IMG/VR virus record: IMGVR_UViG_3300020048_000077
Span: 24,997 to 88,996 of that record
Direction: 5' to 3' (one strand)
DNA: 64,000 nt
Origin: a virus
Taxonomy: Duplodnaviria; Caudoviricetes
The position numbers and the translations under genes are program-made. Of this stretch, positions 26,544 through 36,657 are shown piece by piece. The notes under the pieces are model-generated. The model made no database searches. It was not told where the DNA came from and saw only the letters and a program-made list of their open reading frames with translations. The number at the start of each line of letters is the position of its first letter. Position 1 is the stretch's first letter.

Positions 26544-26855
26544 ATGAAGGAGATCTTTGATCTTGTATGGCAATTCGCCAAGGAAGTTACAGCACATGCC
26601 AAGAACGGATTCAGACCGGTAACACCGGCCGAGTACATGAAAAGGCTTAAAGAATGTCACGCATGTGAGAACTTCATGCGAAATGATGCAAGATGCTCAC
26701 AATGTGGATGCAACATGCATGTAAAAGCGAAATGGCAGACGTCATCGTGTCCACTGTTAGAACCTAAATGGAAGTCAAATGTTAAAAAAGAAGGGAAAGG
26801 CCGAACTGATACAGATACTGGCAACAGAGCACAGCCTACCGTTGGAGGAAATTGA
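26544..26855 (+). CDS. Small Cys-rich Zn-binding protein
   Basis: RLKECHAC...RCSQCGCNMHVKAKWQTSSCP. Confidence 0.7.
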   Translation: MKEIFDLVWQFAKEVTAHAKNGFRPVTPAEYMKRLKECHACENFMRNDARCSQCGCNMHVKAKWQTSSCPLLEPKWKSNVKKEGKGRTDTDTGNRAQPTVGGN

Positions 26856-27027
26856 GAAGATGGTATCTTCACAGTTCAAACTTGTGAGGGACACCATGAA
26901 AGAAGGAAAGTTTGAAGCTGTGAGGCTTCCATTCTTCGGGGTCTTCAAAGCAAAACCGGGAAGGATAGCAAGCGTGCAGGGAAGAAAACTAAGATATGCT
27001 ACGAGAAAGACTGCTGACAAAGGATGA
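26779..27027 (+). CDS. HU/IHF-like DNA-binding protein
   Basis: KAELIQILA...VRLPFFGVFKAKPGR; typical crAss-like gene upstream of the terminase. Confidence 0.75.
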   Translation: MLKKKGKAELIQILATEHSLPLEEIEKMVSSQFKLVRDTMKEGKFEAVRLPFFGVFKAKPGRIASVQGRKLRYATRKTADKG

Positions 27028-27517
27028 GGAGAGCAACATGGTTGTTCCTTCTGAGTATGCATTGATGCTTGAACCTTTCAAGGCCGTCATTGCAAAACAT
27101 GGAAAGAAGTCTCAATCGATGCTGGCATACATCTACTTCATGCGGGATCCAAGATCCATTTACACAGGTACCAGTGAAAAGGAAAGGCATGTGCTTGTGA
27201 CAACAGCACTGTTTCCAGGAGAGAACTTCAAACCTGACAAAACTGTCAATGATGCTCTTGACTTCTATGTGAGCAATGAGACATCGGTTATGAAACTTCT
27301 CAGATCGGCAAGAGAGAGCATGGACAAGTTGCAGAAATGGATGCAGGATATTGATGTCACAGATGAGGATTATGATCCGGTAAAACATATAAAAGTACTT
27401 GAGAGTATGGGAAAGACCGTAGACTCGATCAAGAAACTTGAAGAAGCAGCTCAGAAGGAATCTGAAGAGAGTACCACCTATGGTGGAGTTGAGTTGAACC
27501 AATGGAGTCGGGACTGA
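26996..27517 (+). CDS. Putative terminase small subunit
   Basis: Helical protein overlapping the terL start; C-terminal TYGG. Confidence 0.55.
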   Translation: MLRERLLTKDEESNMVVPSEYALMLEPFKAVIAKHGKKSQSMLAYIYFMRDPRSIYTGTSEKERHVLVTTALFPGENFKPDKTVNDALDFYVSNETSVMKLLRSARESMDKLQKWMQDIDVTDEDYDPVKHIKVLESMGKTVDSIKKLEEAAQKESEESTTYGGVELNQWSRD

Positions 27518-29556
27518 GATTCACGAATACAAAGAGGGTTTCACCTGCGGCCGAACATTTCGACAAGCATGGGACATATACTTTGCATCCAAAAGGAACT
27601 CAGCCGTACATAGACTTCTGGACACAGGAGACATCAAGATGCCTTAACGGATATACAACACCCGAAGGAGATATCACAGTTACCGGATTCCATTACTTCT
27701 ATCTGAACTACTGTAGAATGCAAAGGGTCATCGACAGAACTCTTCCCAACGGTGAAGAAGTGTCGGAACGATTTGAAAGCTTTCCAAGGTTCTACGATGA
27801 GGATCATTACTACTTCCACAAGTTGGAAGAAGCAAGGAACACAGGTAAGCACATGGTCGTACTCAAGGCCAGACGTAAGGGATTCTCTTACAAGGCAGCA
27901 GCAATGCTGTGCAGAAACTACTTCCTGAGAAAGAAATCAAAGAACTTCGTATACGCAGGCCTTAAGGAACACCTTGAGGGAGAGGATGCCATCCTTACAA
28001 AGACATGGCTCATCATGAACTTCGTGGATGTCCACACCGCATGGACCCAGCCGAGGTTGAAGAATGGCGCCATGGCCAAGATCTCAGGATACAAGGAAAG
28101 AGTGAAGGGAACATTCGTGGACAGAGGAACTCTGAACTCCATATCAGGAATATCCCTCAAGGATGATCCTGATAAGGTAAGGGGAAAGGGAGCTGAACTT
28201 GCCTTCTACGAAGAAGCAGGGGACTTCAAGGAACTTCTTGCAGCATGGAACATGGCCGGTCCTTCCTTCAAACAAGGAAACAGAACCTTAGGACTTATGG
28301 TGGCCTTCGGAACCGGTGGTACGGAAGGTGAAGGATTTGAAGGTCTCAATGAACTCTTTTACAATCCTGAAGCATACGACCTTCTCGAATTCGAAAACAC
28401 ATGGAGTGAATCCTCCTTCGGAACGAAATGTGGATACTTCTGTCCTATTTACAAGATCCTTGAAGGGTTCATTGATGAGGACGGAAATTCACTTGAAGAA
28501 GAGGCAAAGGAATTCGAACTCGGAGAACGTGAGAAGAAACGGAAGGGAGCTGATCCCAAATCGTATGACTCATATCTTGCGGAGAATCCGTGGACACCTG
28601 AGGAGGCCACCCTTCAAGTATCAGGGAACCTGTTCAACCTTGCAATGATCAAGGCTCAGAAGGATAGGGTCAAGGTTCACAATCTGGAAAGACTTGGAAC
28701 AGCAGGAGACCTTGTAAAGATGCCTGACGGATCTGTCAAATTCGAACTTAACGGAGACAATCTTCCCATCAACAGATTCCCGCACAAGGCAAAGGACAAC
28801 ATCAAAGGAACGGTGGTCATATACGAAGCACCGTTCAGAACTGCAGGAAGAGTTCCTGACTTTCTTTACTTCCTATGCCATGACCCTTATGCTCATGACA
28901 AGTCCAGCTCCAACTCATTGGGAGCATGCTATGTGATAAAGCGTCCGAACAACGTATCTCAACCTGATGATATGATCGTAGCATCCTACGTGGGTAGACC
29001 GAATACACAGGATGACTTCAACTCCAACATGTTCCTTCTTGCGGAATACTACAACGCCAAGATCGGATTTGAGAATGACCGAGGGGACGTCATAGGATAT
29101 GCTAAGAGGTACCGGAAGCTTCACATGCTTCAAGAGGAGTTCCAGATGCTTGAGAAGAAGGAACTTCAAAGCAAGACCGTCAACAGGAACTTCGGTATGC
29201 ACATGACGGATGCGCGTAAACGTCAAGGTGAGATATACATCAGGGACTGGCTGGAAACTCCAAGAGGAAAAGGAACTGACGGTGAATACGTTCTCAATGT
29301 TCACAGAATATACGACATGGCCCTCTTGGATGAACTTCTAAAGTTCAATCAAACAGGTAACTTTGACCGCGTCATGGCACTGATGGTCGGCATGTACCAC
29401 ACAAAGGAACTTTTCAATGCAGAAGTATCTGACAGATACAATGACAGATCATCAGATTCATGGTTCGACAACCAGTATGCGGGAAAGAGTGGATATCCTG
29501 ATCTTGAGAACTTCAGAGAACTGGACATGTACGAAGAAGGAATTGCAAAGGTTTAA
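27502..29556 (+). CDS. terL: Terminase large subunit
   Basis: Walker A LKARRKGFSYK, Walker B AFYEEAG, nuclease CHDPYAHD and NFDRVMAL; crAss-like type. Confidence 0.92.
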   Translation: MESGLRFTNTKRVSPAAEHFDKHGTYTLHPKGTQPYIDFWTQETSRCLNGYTTPEGDITVTGFHYFYLNYCRMQRVIDRTLPNGEEVSERFESFPRFYDEDHYYFHKLEEARNTGKHMVVLKARRKGFSYKAAAMLCRNYFLRKKSKNFVYAGLKEHLEGEDAILTKTWLIMNFVDVHTAWTQPRLKNGAMAKISGYKERVKGTFVDRGTLNSISGISLKDDPDKVRGKGAELAFYEEAGDFKELLAAWNMAGPSFKQGNRTLGLMVAFGTGGTEGEGFEGLNELFYNPEAYDLLEFENTWSESSFGTKCGYFCPIYKILEGFIDEDGNSLEEEAKEFELGEREKKRKGADPKSYDSYLAENPWTPEEATLQVSGNLFNLAMIKAQKDRVKVHNLERLGTAGDLVKMPDGSVKFELNGDNLPINRFPHKAKDNIKGTVVIYEAPFRTAGRVPDFLYFLCHDPYAHDKSSSNSLGACYVIKRPNNVSQPDDMIVASYVGRPNTQDDFNSNMFLLAEYYNAKIGFENDRGDVIGYAKRYRKLHMLQEEFQMLEKKELQSKTVNRNFGMHMTDARKRQGEIYIRDWLETPRGKGTDGEYVLNVHRIYDMALLDELLKFNQTGNFDRVMALMVGMYHTKELFNAEVSDRYNDRSSDSWFDNQYAGKSGYPDLENFRELDMYEEGIAKV

Positions 29557-29630
29557 TGCTTTATTCTAATGCGAAGTACCAAATACAATATCATACTCTT
29601 AGCTCGGCCGATACACAGGTAAATTTGTAA
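29555..29630 (+). promoter_or_regulatory. Bipartite late-promoter candidate upstream of the portal gene
   Basis: AATGCTTTATTCTAATG, then TAAATTTGTAA 65 nt downstream. Confidence 0.6.
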
Positions 29631-29631
29631 G

Positions 29632-31911
29632 ATGTACAGCACGATCCCAAATCAGAGAATACCGTTTTCCAAGAAGACGAAGGAGTGGCAGAAAGAGACT
29701 GTTGACGCCTACCTCAATCTTACGGATGATGGCAGGATGGGTAGAAAGGAGGAACTCAGGATCCTATACGATTACTACAACGGAGTGATCAGGGACAGCG
29801 ACTACTCATACGTGGTAAAACCTTACGGCAAAGCACGTACGAACTTCCCATCCAAGATGCGGAACTACCCTTTGATAAAGCCTACCATAGACCTTCTACT
29901 GGGAGAGAAAGCTAAAAGACCATTCAACTATTCCGTCACTGTTGTGAACTCAGATTCTGTGGACCGCAGAGAGGAACAGAAGCAGGAAGCCGTATTGAGC
30001 AACATGAAGCAGCGGTTCGTGAACGATCTAAACAAGATGGGATTCGACACGGGTGTGGATACGGAAGAGGTTCCACTACCTAAAAACCTTGCTGAGATGT
30101 TCGATAGAACATACATTGACAACCGTGCACTCCTCGGGCAAAAGGCCATGAACTACATCGTTCAACAGGAGGAGGTACATGAGAAACTTCAGAAGGCATG
30201 GTTCCATTTCCTTGTATCAGGAGAATGTTACACACATAGAGGTGTAAGGAACAATGAAGTATTCTTCGATATCCTGAACCCTCTTGATATTGATTACGAT
30301 CTTGACCCGGACCTGGATTATGTAGAAGATGCTGATTGGGTAGTGGTCACAAAATACATGAATCCTTCAACAATAGTTGAACAATATGGTGAACATCTTA
30401 CACCTGACCAGATAAGTGAGGTCATGGTGATGGCCGGACAGGGAGGTGACTACTTTTCCAACTACTCTACGACATCAGCAGGTAAGAGCCGGTTCAATAA
30501 CAGACTCATACGTGTAAGGATACTTTACTGGCAATCTCTTCAAGAAGTTGGATTCCTCACCTATCCTGACCCTACTACTGGAAGCATGGAAACCATGCAA
30601 GTGGAATCAGGACACAGAATATCCCATGAGGAAAAGGCCCTTGGGTACAAACTTGAATGGAAATGGCATAATAGACCTTGGCAGGCAGTTGTGATCGGAA
30701 ATGACATGCATATCGATGTACGACCTGTAAAGGACGAACGTGTCTCCATAGAGAACCCTTCAAAGAACAAACTTCCGATCAACGGACGTAGGTACTCTGA
30801 TATCAATTCCGCGAACATCTCACTTGTGATGCTCGGGATACCATATCAACTGAACTACAATGTGTTCAAGTACAGGATGGAACTTTCCATTGCACGTTCG
30901 AAGGACGTAATTGCACAGCTTGATATCAACCTCATTCCTAAAAAGTGGGACATGGACAAGTTCATGTACTATGTTGAAGGTACAGGCATTGCATGGGTGG
31001 ATTACAACAAGGAAGGAGTGAAGCTGAACCCGGGGCACCAATCGATCCTGGACATGTCCATGAAGACCATTGACATGTACGTAAGTCTACTTCAACACAT
31101 CGATCAGGAATGGGAGAAGGTATCTGGAGTGAACCGCCAAAGACGTGGAGAAGTATCTGAGTATCAGGGAAAGGCCATGGGTCAACAGGCAATCATACAG
31201 AGCGCTCATACCACAGAGGATCTTTACAGGAAATTCGCAGGAATGGAACGAAGGGATCTTCAAGCACTCCTGGATTATTCCAAGCATGCTTGGGTGAACG
31301 GTAAGAAGACCATGTTCGTAATGCCTGATGGTACGAAGGAATTCCTTGAGATCGATCCCATATCATGGATGGAAAGTGATCTTGGAATATTCATATCCGA
31401 TGCCACAAAGGAACAGGAGAAGTTCCAACAGGCAAGGGAACTCGGGCAGGCCATGCTTCAAAATGAGGCAAGACCGAGCATGGTACTTGATATGATCGAC
31501 AGCGAGAGCTTCCTTGAACTCAAGGATAGGATCAAAAAGGCTGAGAAGGAACTTGAAGCCTCACGTCAGGCCGTAGCTCAGGAGGAAAGACGACTTGAAG
31601 AGGCAAGACTTCAGCAAGAGGCAAAGATCCATAATGAGAACATTGCAGAACTTGAGAAGGATCGTCAGCATGAGGCCACACAGAAGGAACTTGACCGTCA
31701 GAACAAGATAGATGTTGCGAACATCTCCCAGTACCCGAAACTTGAACTTGAACAGCAGGAGATTCCTGAACCTAAGGAGGACAAGGGCCCAGAACTCGCA
31801 TTGAAGAGTAAAGAGGTCAAGGTGAAGCAGGATGCTCAAAAGGAAACTGAGAGACATAACAAGGCAACTGAGGGCATTGCAAGAAGCAAGCCCAAGACAC
31901 CTGGAAAATGA
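29632..31911 (+). CDS. Portal protein
   Basis: IPNQRIPFSKKTKEW start, NYPLIKPTIDLLLGE, GIPYQLNYN; position after terL. Confidence 0.9.
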   Translation: MYSTIPNQRIPFSKKTKEWQKETVDAYLNLTDDGRMGRKEELRILYDYYNGVIRDSDYSYVVKPYGKARTNFPSKMRNYPLIKPTIDLLLGEKAKRPFNYSVTVVNSDSVDRREEQKQEAVLSNMKQRFVNDLNKMGFDTGVDTEEVPLPKNLAEMFDRTYIDNRALLGQKAMNYIVQQEEVHEKLQKAWFHFLVSGECYTHRGVRNNEVFFDILNPLDIDYDLDPDLDYVEDADWVVVTKYMNPSTIVEQYGEHLTPDQISEVMVMAGQGGDYFSNYSTTSAGKSRFNNRLIRVRILYWQSLQEVGFLTYPDPTTGSMETMQVESGHRISHEEKALGYKLEWKWHNRPWQAVVIGNDMHIDVRPVKDERVSIENPSKNKLPINGRRYSDINSANISLVMLGIPYQLNYNVFKYRMELSIARSKDVIAQLDINLIPKKWDMDKFMYYVEGTGIAWVDYNKEGVKLNPGHQSILDMSMKTIDMYVSLLQHIDQEWEKVSGVNRQRRGEVSEYQGKAMGQQAIIQSAHTTEDLYRKFAGMERRDLQALLDYSKHAWVNGKKTMFVMPDGTKEFLEIDPISWMESDLGIFISDATKEQEKFQQARELGQAMLQNEARPSMVLDMIDSESFLELKDRIKKAEKELEASRQAVAQEERRLEEARLQQEAKIHNENIAELEKDRQHEATQKELDRQNKIDVANISQYPKLELEQQEIPEPKEDKGPELALKSKEVKVKQDAQKETERHNKATEGIARSKPKTPGK

Positions 31912-32612
31912 GCAGCGCAAAGAAGATTGTAGAGAAGTACAGAACTGGAGGGGATCCTACACCCAAAAAGAAACTTGAGTCTTCTACAAAGACGGATTCT
32001 TTGGCATTGTTCAATTATTATGAACTTCAGAAACGGCTCGAAAAAGAAGGTTTAGGATATGAAGAAGCATCCTTCAAAGAAAAACTCCTCACGGGAAAAA
32101 CTTTGAAACAAACAGATCAAAGTATAGCAGATCAGAAGGTGTTGACTTCCGCAGCTTTAAAGATATTGAAGGAAAATCCAAATATGAGAACCGGACTACA
32201 TCCTTCTACAGGCTATCCGACAGGACCAAAAAGTGAGTACGAAAAGCATGGAAGTTACGACATTCATCATCCAAGTATAAAGCCTAAAGGAACCTGGATG
32301 GGACTGGCAAATAATAATGACTACTCCAATGTAAAACCTGTCGAAGAACAAATTGTCAAAAGAGATCTTCCTTCAAGGAAGAAACCTGTACAACCAATAA
32401 AATTGCAAGATCTTACCTCTATACAGCCCAAAAGACCCCTTCTAAAGAAAGGTACAGAGAAAGAACAAACTCTTCAACCGGTACCTGTAAAGAATGTTAT
32501 CACATTTCCAAAGGACGCCAGAAGATTTACAGCAGGTGATTACCTTGAGTCTCAGAACAGAGCAAGTGGGTATGTGAATTATGGAGATAACAAGGGAAGA
32601 AGATCGAACTGA
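31908..32612 (+). CDS. Hypothetical (possible cargo) protein
   Basis: Basic protein with N-terminal KYRTGG. Confidence 0.65.
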   Translation: MSSAKKIVEKYRTGGDPTPKKKLESSTKTDSLALFNYYELQKRLEKEGLGYEEASFKEKLLTGKTLKQTDQSIADQKVLTSAALKILKENPNMRTGLHPSTGYPTGPKSEYEKHGSYDIHHPSIKPKGTWMGLANNNDYSNVKPVEEQIVKRDLPSRKKPVQPIKLQDLTSIQPKRPLLKKGTEKEQTLQPVPVKNVITFPKDARRFTAGDYLESQNRASGYVNYGDNKGRRSN

Positions 32613-33018
32613 CATGGAAGCAATTGACGTAATGAAGCAGGCATACGCTTCAAACTATACAGGAAGTATCACAGCTCTCATAGAAGAGAATGAGGCCAAG
32701 AAGCAGGCAGAGATGCTTGTAGCTGCAACTCCCGAGCAACAGAGTGAAGGTCTGAGGAATCAACCTACAGGTACATCCATGGCATTTCCAAATGTGAATG
32801 GAAAGAGTTTCAATACCAATGGCATGAAGGAACCCATAGACATCCAAGGATATGATAACAATGGCGGTCTTGTACAGTCTTATAAGGCTGTGCCTCCGGG
32901 TATCAATGATATCCCGATGGGTCCAAAGGTCGCCACGGTCATTGAGAATCCTACGCAGTATGCGACTGGTGGGTACGAAAGATCCTTCGCAGAAAAAGTA
33001 GCATCCAGAAGAAAATAA
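32581..33018 (+). CDS. Hypothetical (possible cargo) protein
   Basis: C-terminal QYATGG. Confidence 0.7.
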   Translation: MEITREEDRTDMEAIDVMKQAYASNYTGSITALIEENEAKKQAEMLVAATPEQQSEGLRNQPTGTSMAFPNVNGKSFNTNGMKEPIDIQGYDNNGGLVQSYKAVPPGINDIPMGPKVATVIENPTQYATGGYERSFAEKVASRRK

Positions 33019-33023
33019 CTTAA

Positions 33024-33098
33024 AATGCTATATTCTAATGTAACATCCAAAAAATATCCGCAAGAGGATAAACTCACAATTCAAACATAAATTTGTAA
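33024..33098 (+). promoter_or_regulatory. Second copy of the bipartite late-promoter candidate
   Basis: AATGCTATATTCTAATG, then TAAATTTGTAA 64 nt downstream. Confidence 0.6.
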
Positions 33099-33102
33099 AC
33101 CA

Positions 33103-34167
33103 ATGAGCAAGCCAGAAGACATAGACAGCATCGACATCGATTTCGAGGTAGCCATCTCGGAAGAGAAGACTGCAGCTGCACCTGCACCAGTAGAGAAGAC
33201 CCCGGTTCTTCCTGTTGATGATATCATTGAGACCGTAGAGAAACCGAAACCATTGGAAGTAAAGCCTCTTGAGGTCATCGCTCCAGTGGAAACATCGATA
33301 GAAGAGACTCCTTCAGTAGTATCAGAAGTGCTTGAAGCACTCGGATATGTGGAGGACTTCAAAGATGAGGAGTTCGAGGATTCCACAGCAGGAATCGTAA
33401 AGCTTACCAAAGCAGCCGGAGACAGGATCGCAACTGAGACCCTTGATAGGATCTTTGAATCCCATCCTACAGTAAAGGCACACCTTGACTATGTGATGAA
33501 CGGAGGAGATCCGAACAAGTTCATGTCAACCTATACTCCTGAGAAGGATTATGCACAGATCAAGATCGAAGGAGACACAGCTGAGAGCAAGGCACTTGCG
33601 AAGAGCGTCCTTACAGATTACTTCAAGGCAAAGGGAAATGACCCCGACTTCATCAACGATATGATCGAGGCCTATGAGGACAAGGGAGAGATCGTAGCAA
33701 AGGGTAACGCAGCAGCTGTTGCTCTTGCGAAGGTACAGGCCTCTGAAAGAGAGAATCTTGTAGCTGAACAACGCAGAGAGGCTCAGGCAAGGCAAGTAGA
33801 GAACGAAAAAGTATGGAAACAGGTGACTGAGATCGTCACCAAGGCTCCTGAGATCGGAGGTATTCCGATCGCTGAAAAGGAACGTGCCAAGTTCCATGAT
33901 TACATTTCAAAACCTGTGGATGCACACGGTCGCACACAACGTGACATCGATGTTGCAAGCGCCACACTTGAGCAGCAACTTGCCATTGACTTCCTAATGT
34001 ACAAGAAATTGGACATGGGAACCATCATTGCCAAGAAGGCTCAAACAACAGCAGCCGTGAACCTGAGAGACAGGTTGAAGGCAGTAGAATCAAAAACAAA
34101 GGGTGCACGCGGTCTTACAGGGTCTACCAATGAGGTCCTGGATACAGTGGATCTGGATACCATTTAA
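33103..34167 (+). CDS. Scaffold-like structural protein upstream of the capsid gene
   Basis: Acidic N-terminus, helical body, conserved crAss-like position. Confidence 0.7.
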   Translation: MSKPEDIDSIDIDFEVAISEEKTAAAPAPVEKTPVLPVDDIIETVEKPKPLEVKPLEVIAPVETSIEETPSVVSEVLEALGYVEDFKDEEFEDSTAGIVKLTKAAGDRIATETLDRIFESHPTVKAHLDYVMNGGDPNKFMSTYTPEKDYAQIKIEGDTAESKALAKSVLTDYFKAKGNDPDFINDMIEAYEDKGEIVAKGNAAAVALAKVQASERENLVAEQRREAQARQVENEKVWKQVTEIVTKAPEIGGIPIAEKERAKFHDYISKPVDAHGRTQRDIDVASATLEQQLAIDFLMYKKLDMGTIIAKKAQTTAAVNLRDRLKAVESKTKGARGLTGSTNEVLDTVDLDTI

Positions 34168-34213
34168 ACCTAAAGGGAGACGAACAAACCCTTATAAACA
34201 ACAATAACTCAAA

Positions 34214-35665
34214 ATGCTTACTGCACCTATAGGAGGACAAAACATCGGAGTCGTAAGGACGATCTTCAACGACACTCAGATGACGGACATTAACTCCCTG
34301 TCCAATGCTTTGAATTCAAAGGCCGCTGAACTTACACCGGTGATCACTCACCTTGCAGGTAAGGATGAAATGAGGTTCCCTCTATCATTCCTATCAGAAG
34401 GCATGAAGAACGTTGAAGGCATCGATCGCCTTGAATACGAATACCGTATCAGTACCCGCAAATTGATGACACGACCTGTCGCTGTCACCAACGCAGGTAC
34501 GAGCCTTGGTCAGGGAGGTTCAACATTTGAACTTCAGTTCCCAGACAAATGGTTCATCAACCAATATGTCCTTGTGAACAGTGCAGGAGAGCAGGCACGT
34601 GTAATGAAGGAGCCTGTATTGCAAACTGGAGGATCCGCTTGGATCTATACCTTGCAACTGGTGAATCCTGACAGTGCGGCCGTACTTAGTGCAGGCTTCA
34701 ATGCAGGAGATCTTTGGGCACAGCTCTTCGCCCCTGTGGGAACTGACTTCTCACGTGGAAATGCCAGCAACTGGCAGGCTCCTGGAATGGTACGTAACAA
34801 ACTTACTACCATCAGAAAGTCATACCACATGTCAGGCAATGCCAAGGACTACGTTGCTGAGTTCACACTTCCTACAAAAGGAGGCGGAACCACAAAGTTG
34901 TGGATGGATTACGAAGAGTACCAGCACATGCTTTCCTTCAAGGAGGAGTGTGAGATGTACTACTGGTACGGACAGAAGACCTACGGTTCCGATGGTATCG
35001 TGAACATGAAGGACGAGAATGGCCAGCCTGTTGTCATCGGCCCTGGACTCCTTGAGCAGATCATCAATCAGGAGACCTACTCAGTGCTTACTGAGAACAG
35101 TTTGAAGAACATCATCGGTGACCTTTTCTACGGTATGACCGATGCGAGCAAGAAGAAAGTGACCCTCTACACAGGTACCGGTGGTATGCGTGAATTCGAT
35201 GAGGCACTGAAGAACCACTTCGCTTCAAACGCATGGCAGGTATCAGGTGAGAACCGTTTCATCACAGGTTCTGGACGAAGCCTTGGTCTTACAGGATACT
35301 TCAAATCCTACGACCACGTTGACGGACACTCAGTGACCGTTGTGAAGATGCCATTGTTCGATCATGGTCCAGTTGCAGAGGCCGCAGGTCTACATCCGGT
35401 GACAGGATACTCTCTTGAAAGTTACAGGATGGTATTCGTTGACCAGTCTACCTACGATGGTGTGAACAACGTAAGGATGATCACCAAGAAAGGACGTGAG
35501 CACCTGAGATGGTGTGTGGCAGGTTCTGTAGTCCCACGTGGATTCGATGCGAACACAAGCCGTGCATCAGATGTTGACGGTGCCTCAGTGCACATGTTGA
35601 AGACAGGTGCTATATGCCTTGGTCGATTCGACACAAGCCTTGACCTCAAGTGCATCGCAGCTTAA
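34214..35665 (+). CDS. Major capsid protein
   Basis: crAss-like MCP features (RNKLTTIRKSY, GPGLLEQI, TGTGGMREFD, GSVVP); followed by a terminator. Confidence 0.88.
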   Translation: MLTAPIGGQNIGVVRTIFNDTQMTDINSLSNALNSKAAELTPVITHLAGKDEMRFPLSFLSEGMKNVEGIDRLEYEYRISTRKLMTRPVAVTNAGTSLGQGGSTFELQFPDKWFINQYVLVNSAGEQARVMKEPVLQTGGSAWIYTLQLVNPDSAAVLSAGFNAGDLWAQLFAPVGTDFSRGNASNWQAPGMVRNKLTTIRKSYHMSGNAKDYVAEFTLPTKGGGTTKLWMDYEEYQHMLSFKEECEMYYWYGQKTYGSDGIVNMKDENGQPVVIGPGLLEQIINQETYSVLTENSLKNIIGDLFYGMTDASKKKVTLYTGTGGMREFDEALKNHFASNAWQVSGENRFITGSGRSLGLTGYFKSYDHVDGHSVTVVKMPLFDHGPVAEAAGLHPVTGYSLESYRMVFVDQSTYDGVNNVRMITKKGREHLRWCVAGSVVPRGFDANTSRASDVDGASVHMLKTGAICLGRFDTSLDLKCIAA

Positions 35666-35675
35666 AACAACCTTG

Positions 35676-35710
35676 AAGAAGGAGGGAGAGAGATCTTCCT
35701 CCTTCTTTTA
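35676..35710 (+). terminator. Intrinsic terminator after the capsid gene
   Basis: AAGAAGGAGG...CCTCCTTCTT followed by TTA. Confidence 0.7.
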
Positions 35711-35781
35711 ATATCTCTTCCGGAGATTTATTCTTTCAACCGGAAAACAAATCAATGAACACTTAAAAGAACCCAAATACA

Positions 35782-36657
35782 ATGGAAACAAAAGTAGCAG
35801 AGGAGACTGTAACAACTCCAAAGTCTCTCATCAGAGAGACGACCTTCGGAAGTAAGAAGGTATACCTTAGAGCAAAGCCTCTACAGAATCACCTCCCAAA
35901 AATAGTAAGGGCAGAATCCGTACAGAAACTCTCTTCGATCTTTGTAGATCGTCAACCCCTTCGAGGTCTGAATCCGGAAGAGGAGAAGAAGTATCTTGGA
36001 ACTCTCCTTGATGTCGGTCCGGAGGACAAGGAATGGGGACGGCACACACGTAGATTCTGGGCAGAACTAAGAATCCCTGTAGGATTTGCAGGCATGGAAC
36101 TTGAGATCGGAATGGATGAGAAAGGAGAGCCCATCAAGTTGATGGACTACATCAAGTACCGTTTCGCAAAGGCACACGCTCTTGTGGCAGATTCAGAGGA
36201 GGAGATGATGAGAAGCGCACGTAAGTCCTTCTACATTATGAATCCAACAGCTGAGAGTGCACGTAAGAACGCCAACATTCAGGTTTCAAAACAGGCGGAC
36301 AGGGCATTCATCAAAGCATGTGATGACCATCAACGTATGAAGAATCTTCTACGTGTGTTGAGCACCGTCAAGGTTGATTCTTTGACTCCTCAGACAGTAG
36401 AGAATCTGTTGTATGACATCAAACAGGGGAATCCAGGAAAGTTCCTGAAGGCCGCTACCGATGAGAACCTTGATATGAAGGCGGAGATCGCATCATTCGT
36501 TGAGGCAGGAATACTGCAGAAGATCGGAAATGCCTACATTCACATTGACGAGACCCTCGGTGAGAATGAAGATGAGACCATCATCTATCTGAAGAATCCG
36601 AAACGTTCAGGTCTTCTGAACATACTTAGGACAAAACTACTTGAGACCAAGGTCTAA
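35782..36657 (+). CDS. Conserved crAss-like virion/assembly protein
   Basis: 291-aa ORF directly after the capsid gene. Confidence 0.7.
   Translation: METKVAEETVTTPKSLIRETTFGSKKVYLRAKPLQNHLPKIVRAESVQKLSSIFVDRQPLRGLNPEEEKKYLGTLLDVGPEDKEWGRHTRRFWAELRIPVGFAGMELEIGMDEKGEPIKLMDYIKYRFAKAHALVADSEEEMMRSARKSFYIMNPTAESARKNANIQVSKQADRAFIKACDDHQRMKNLLRVLSTVKVDSLTPQTVENLLYDIKQGNPGKFLKAATDENLDMKAEIASFVEAGILQKIGNAYIHIDETLGENEDETIIYLKNPKRSGLLNILRTKLLETKV

Noticed and set aside
1425-35665. Inteins or self-splicing introns in polA, terL, portal or MCP
   Set aside because: The proteins have normal lengths, contiguous motifs and no intein or homing-endonuclease signatures
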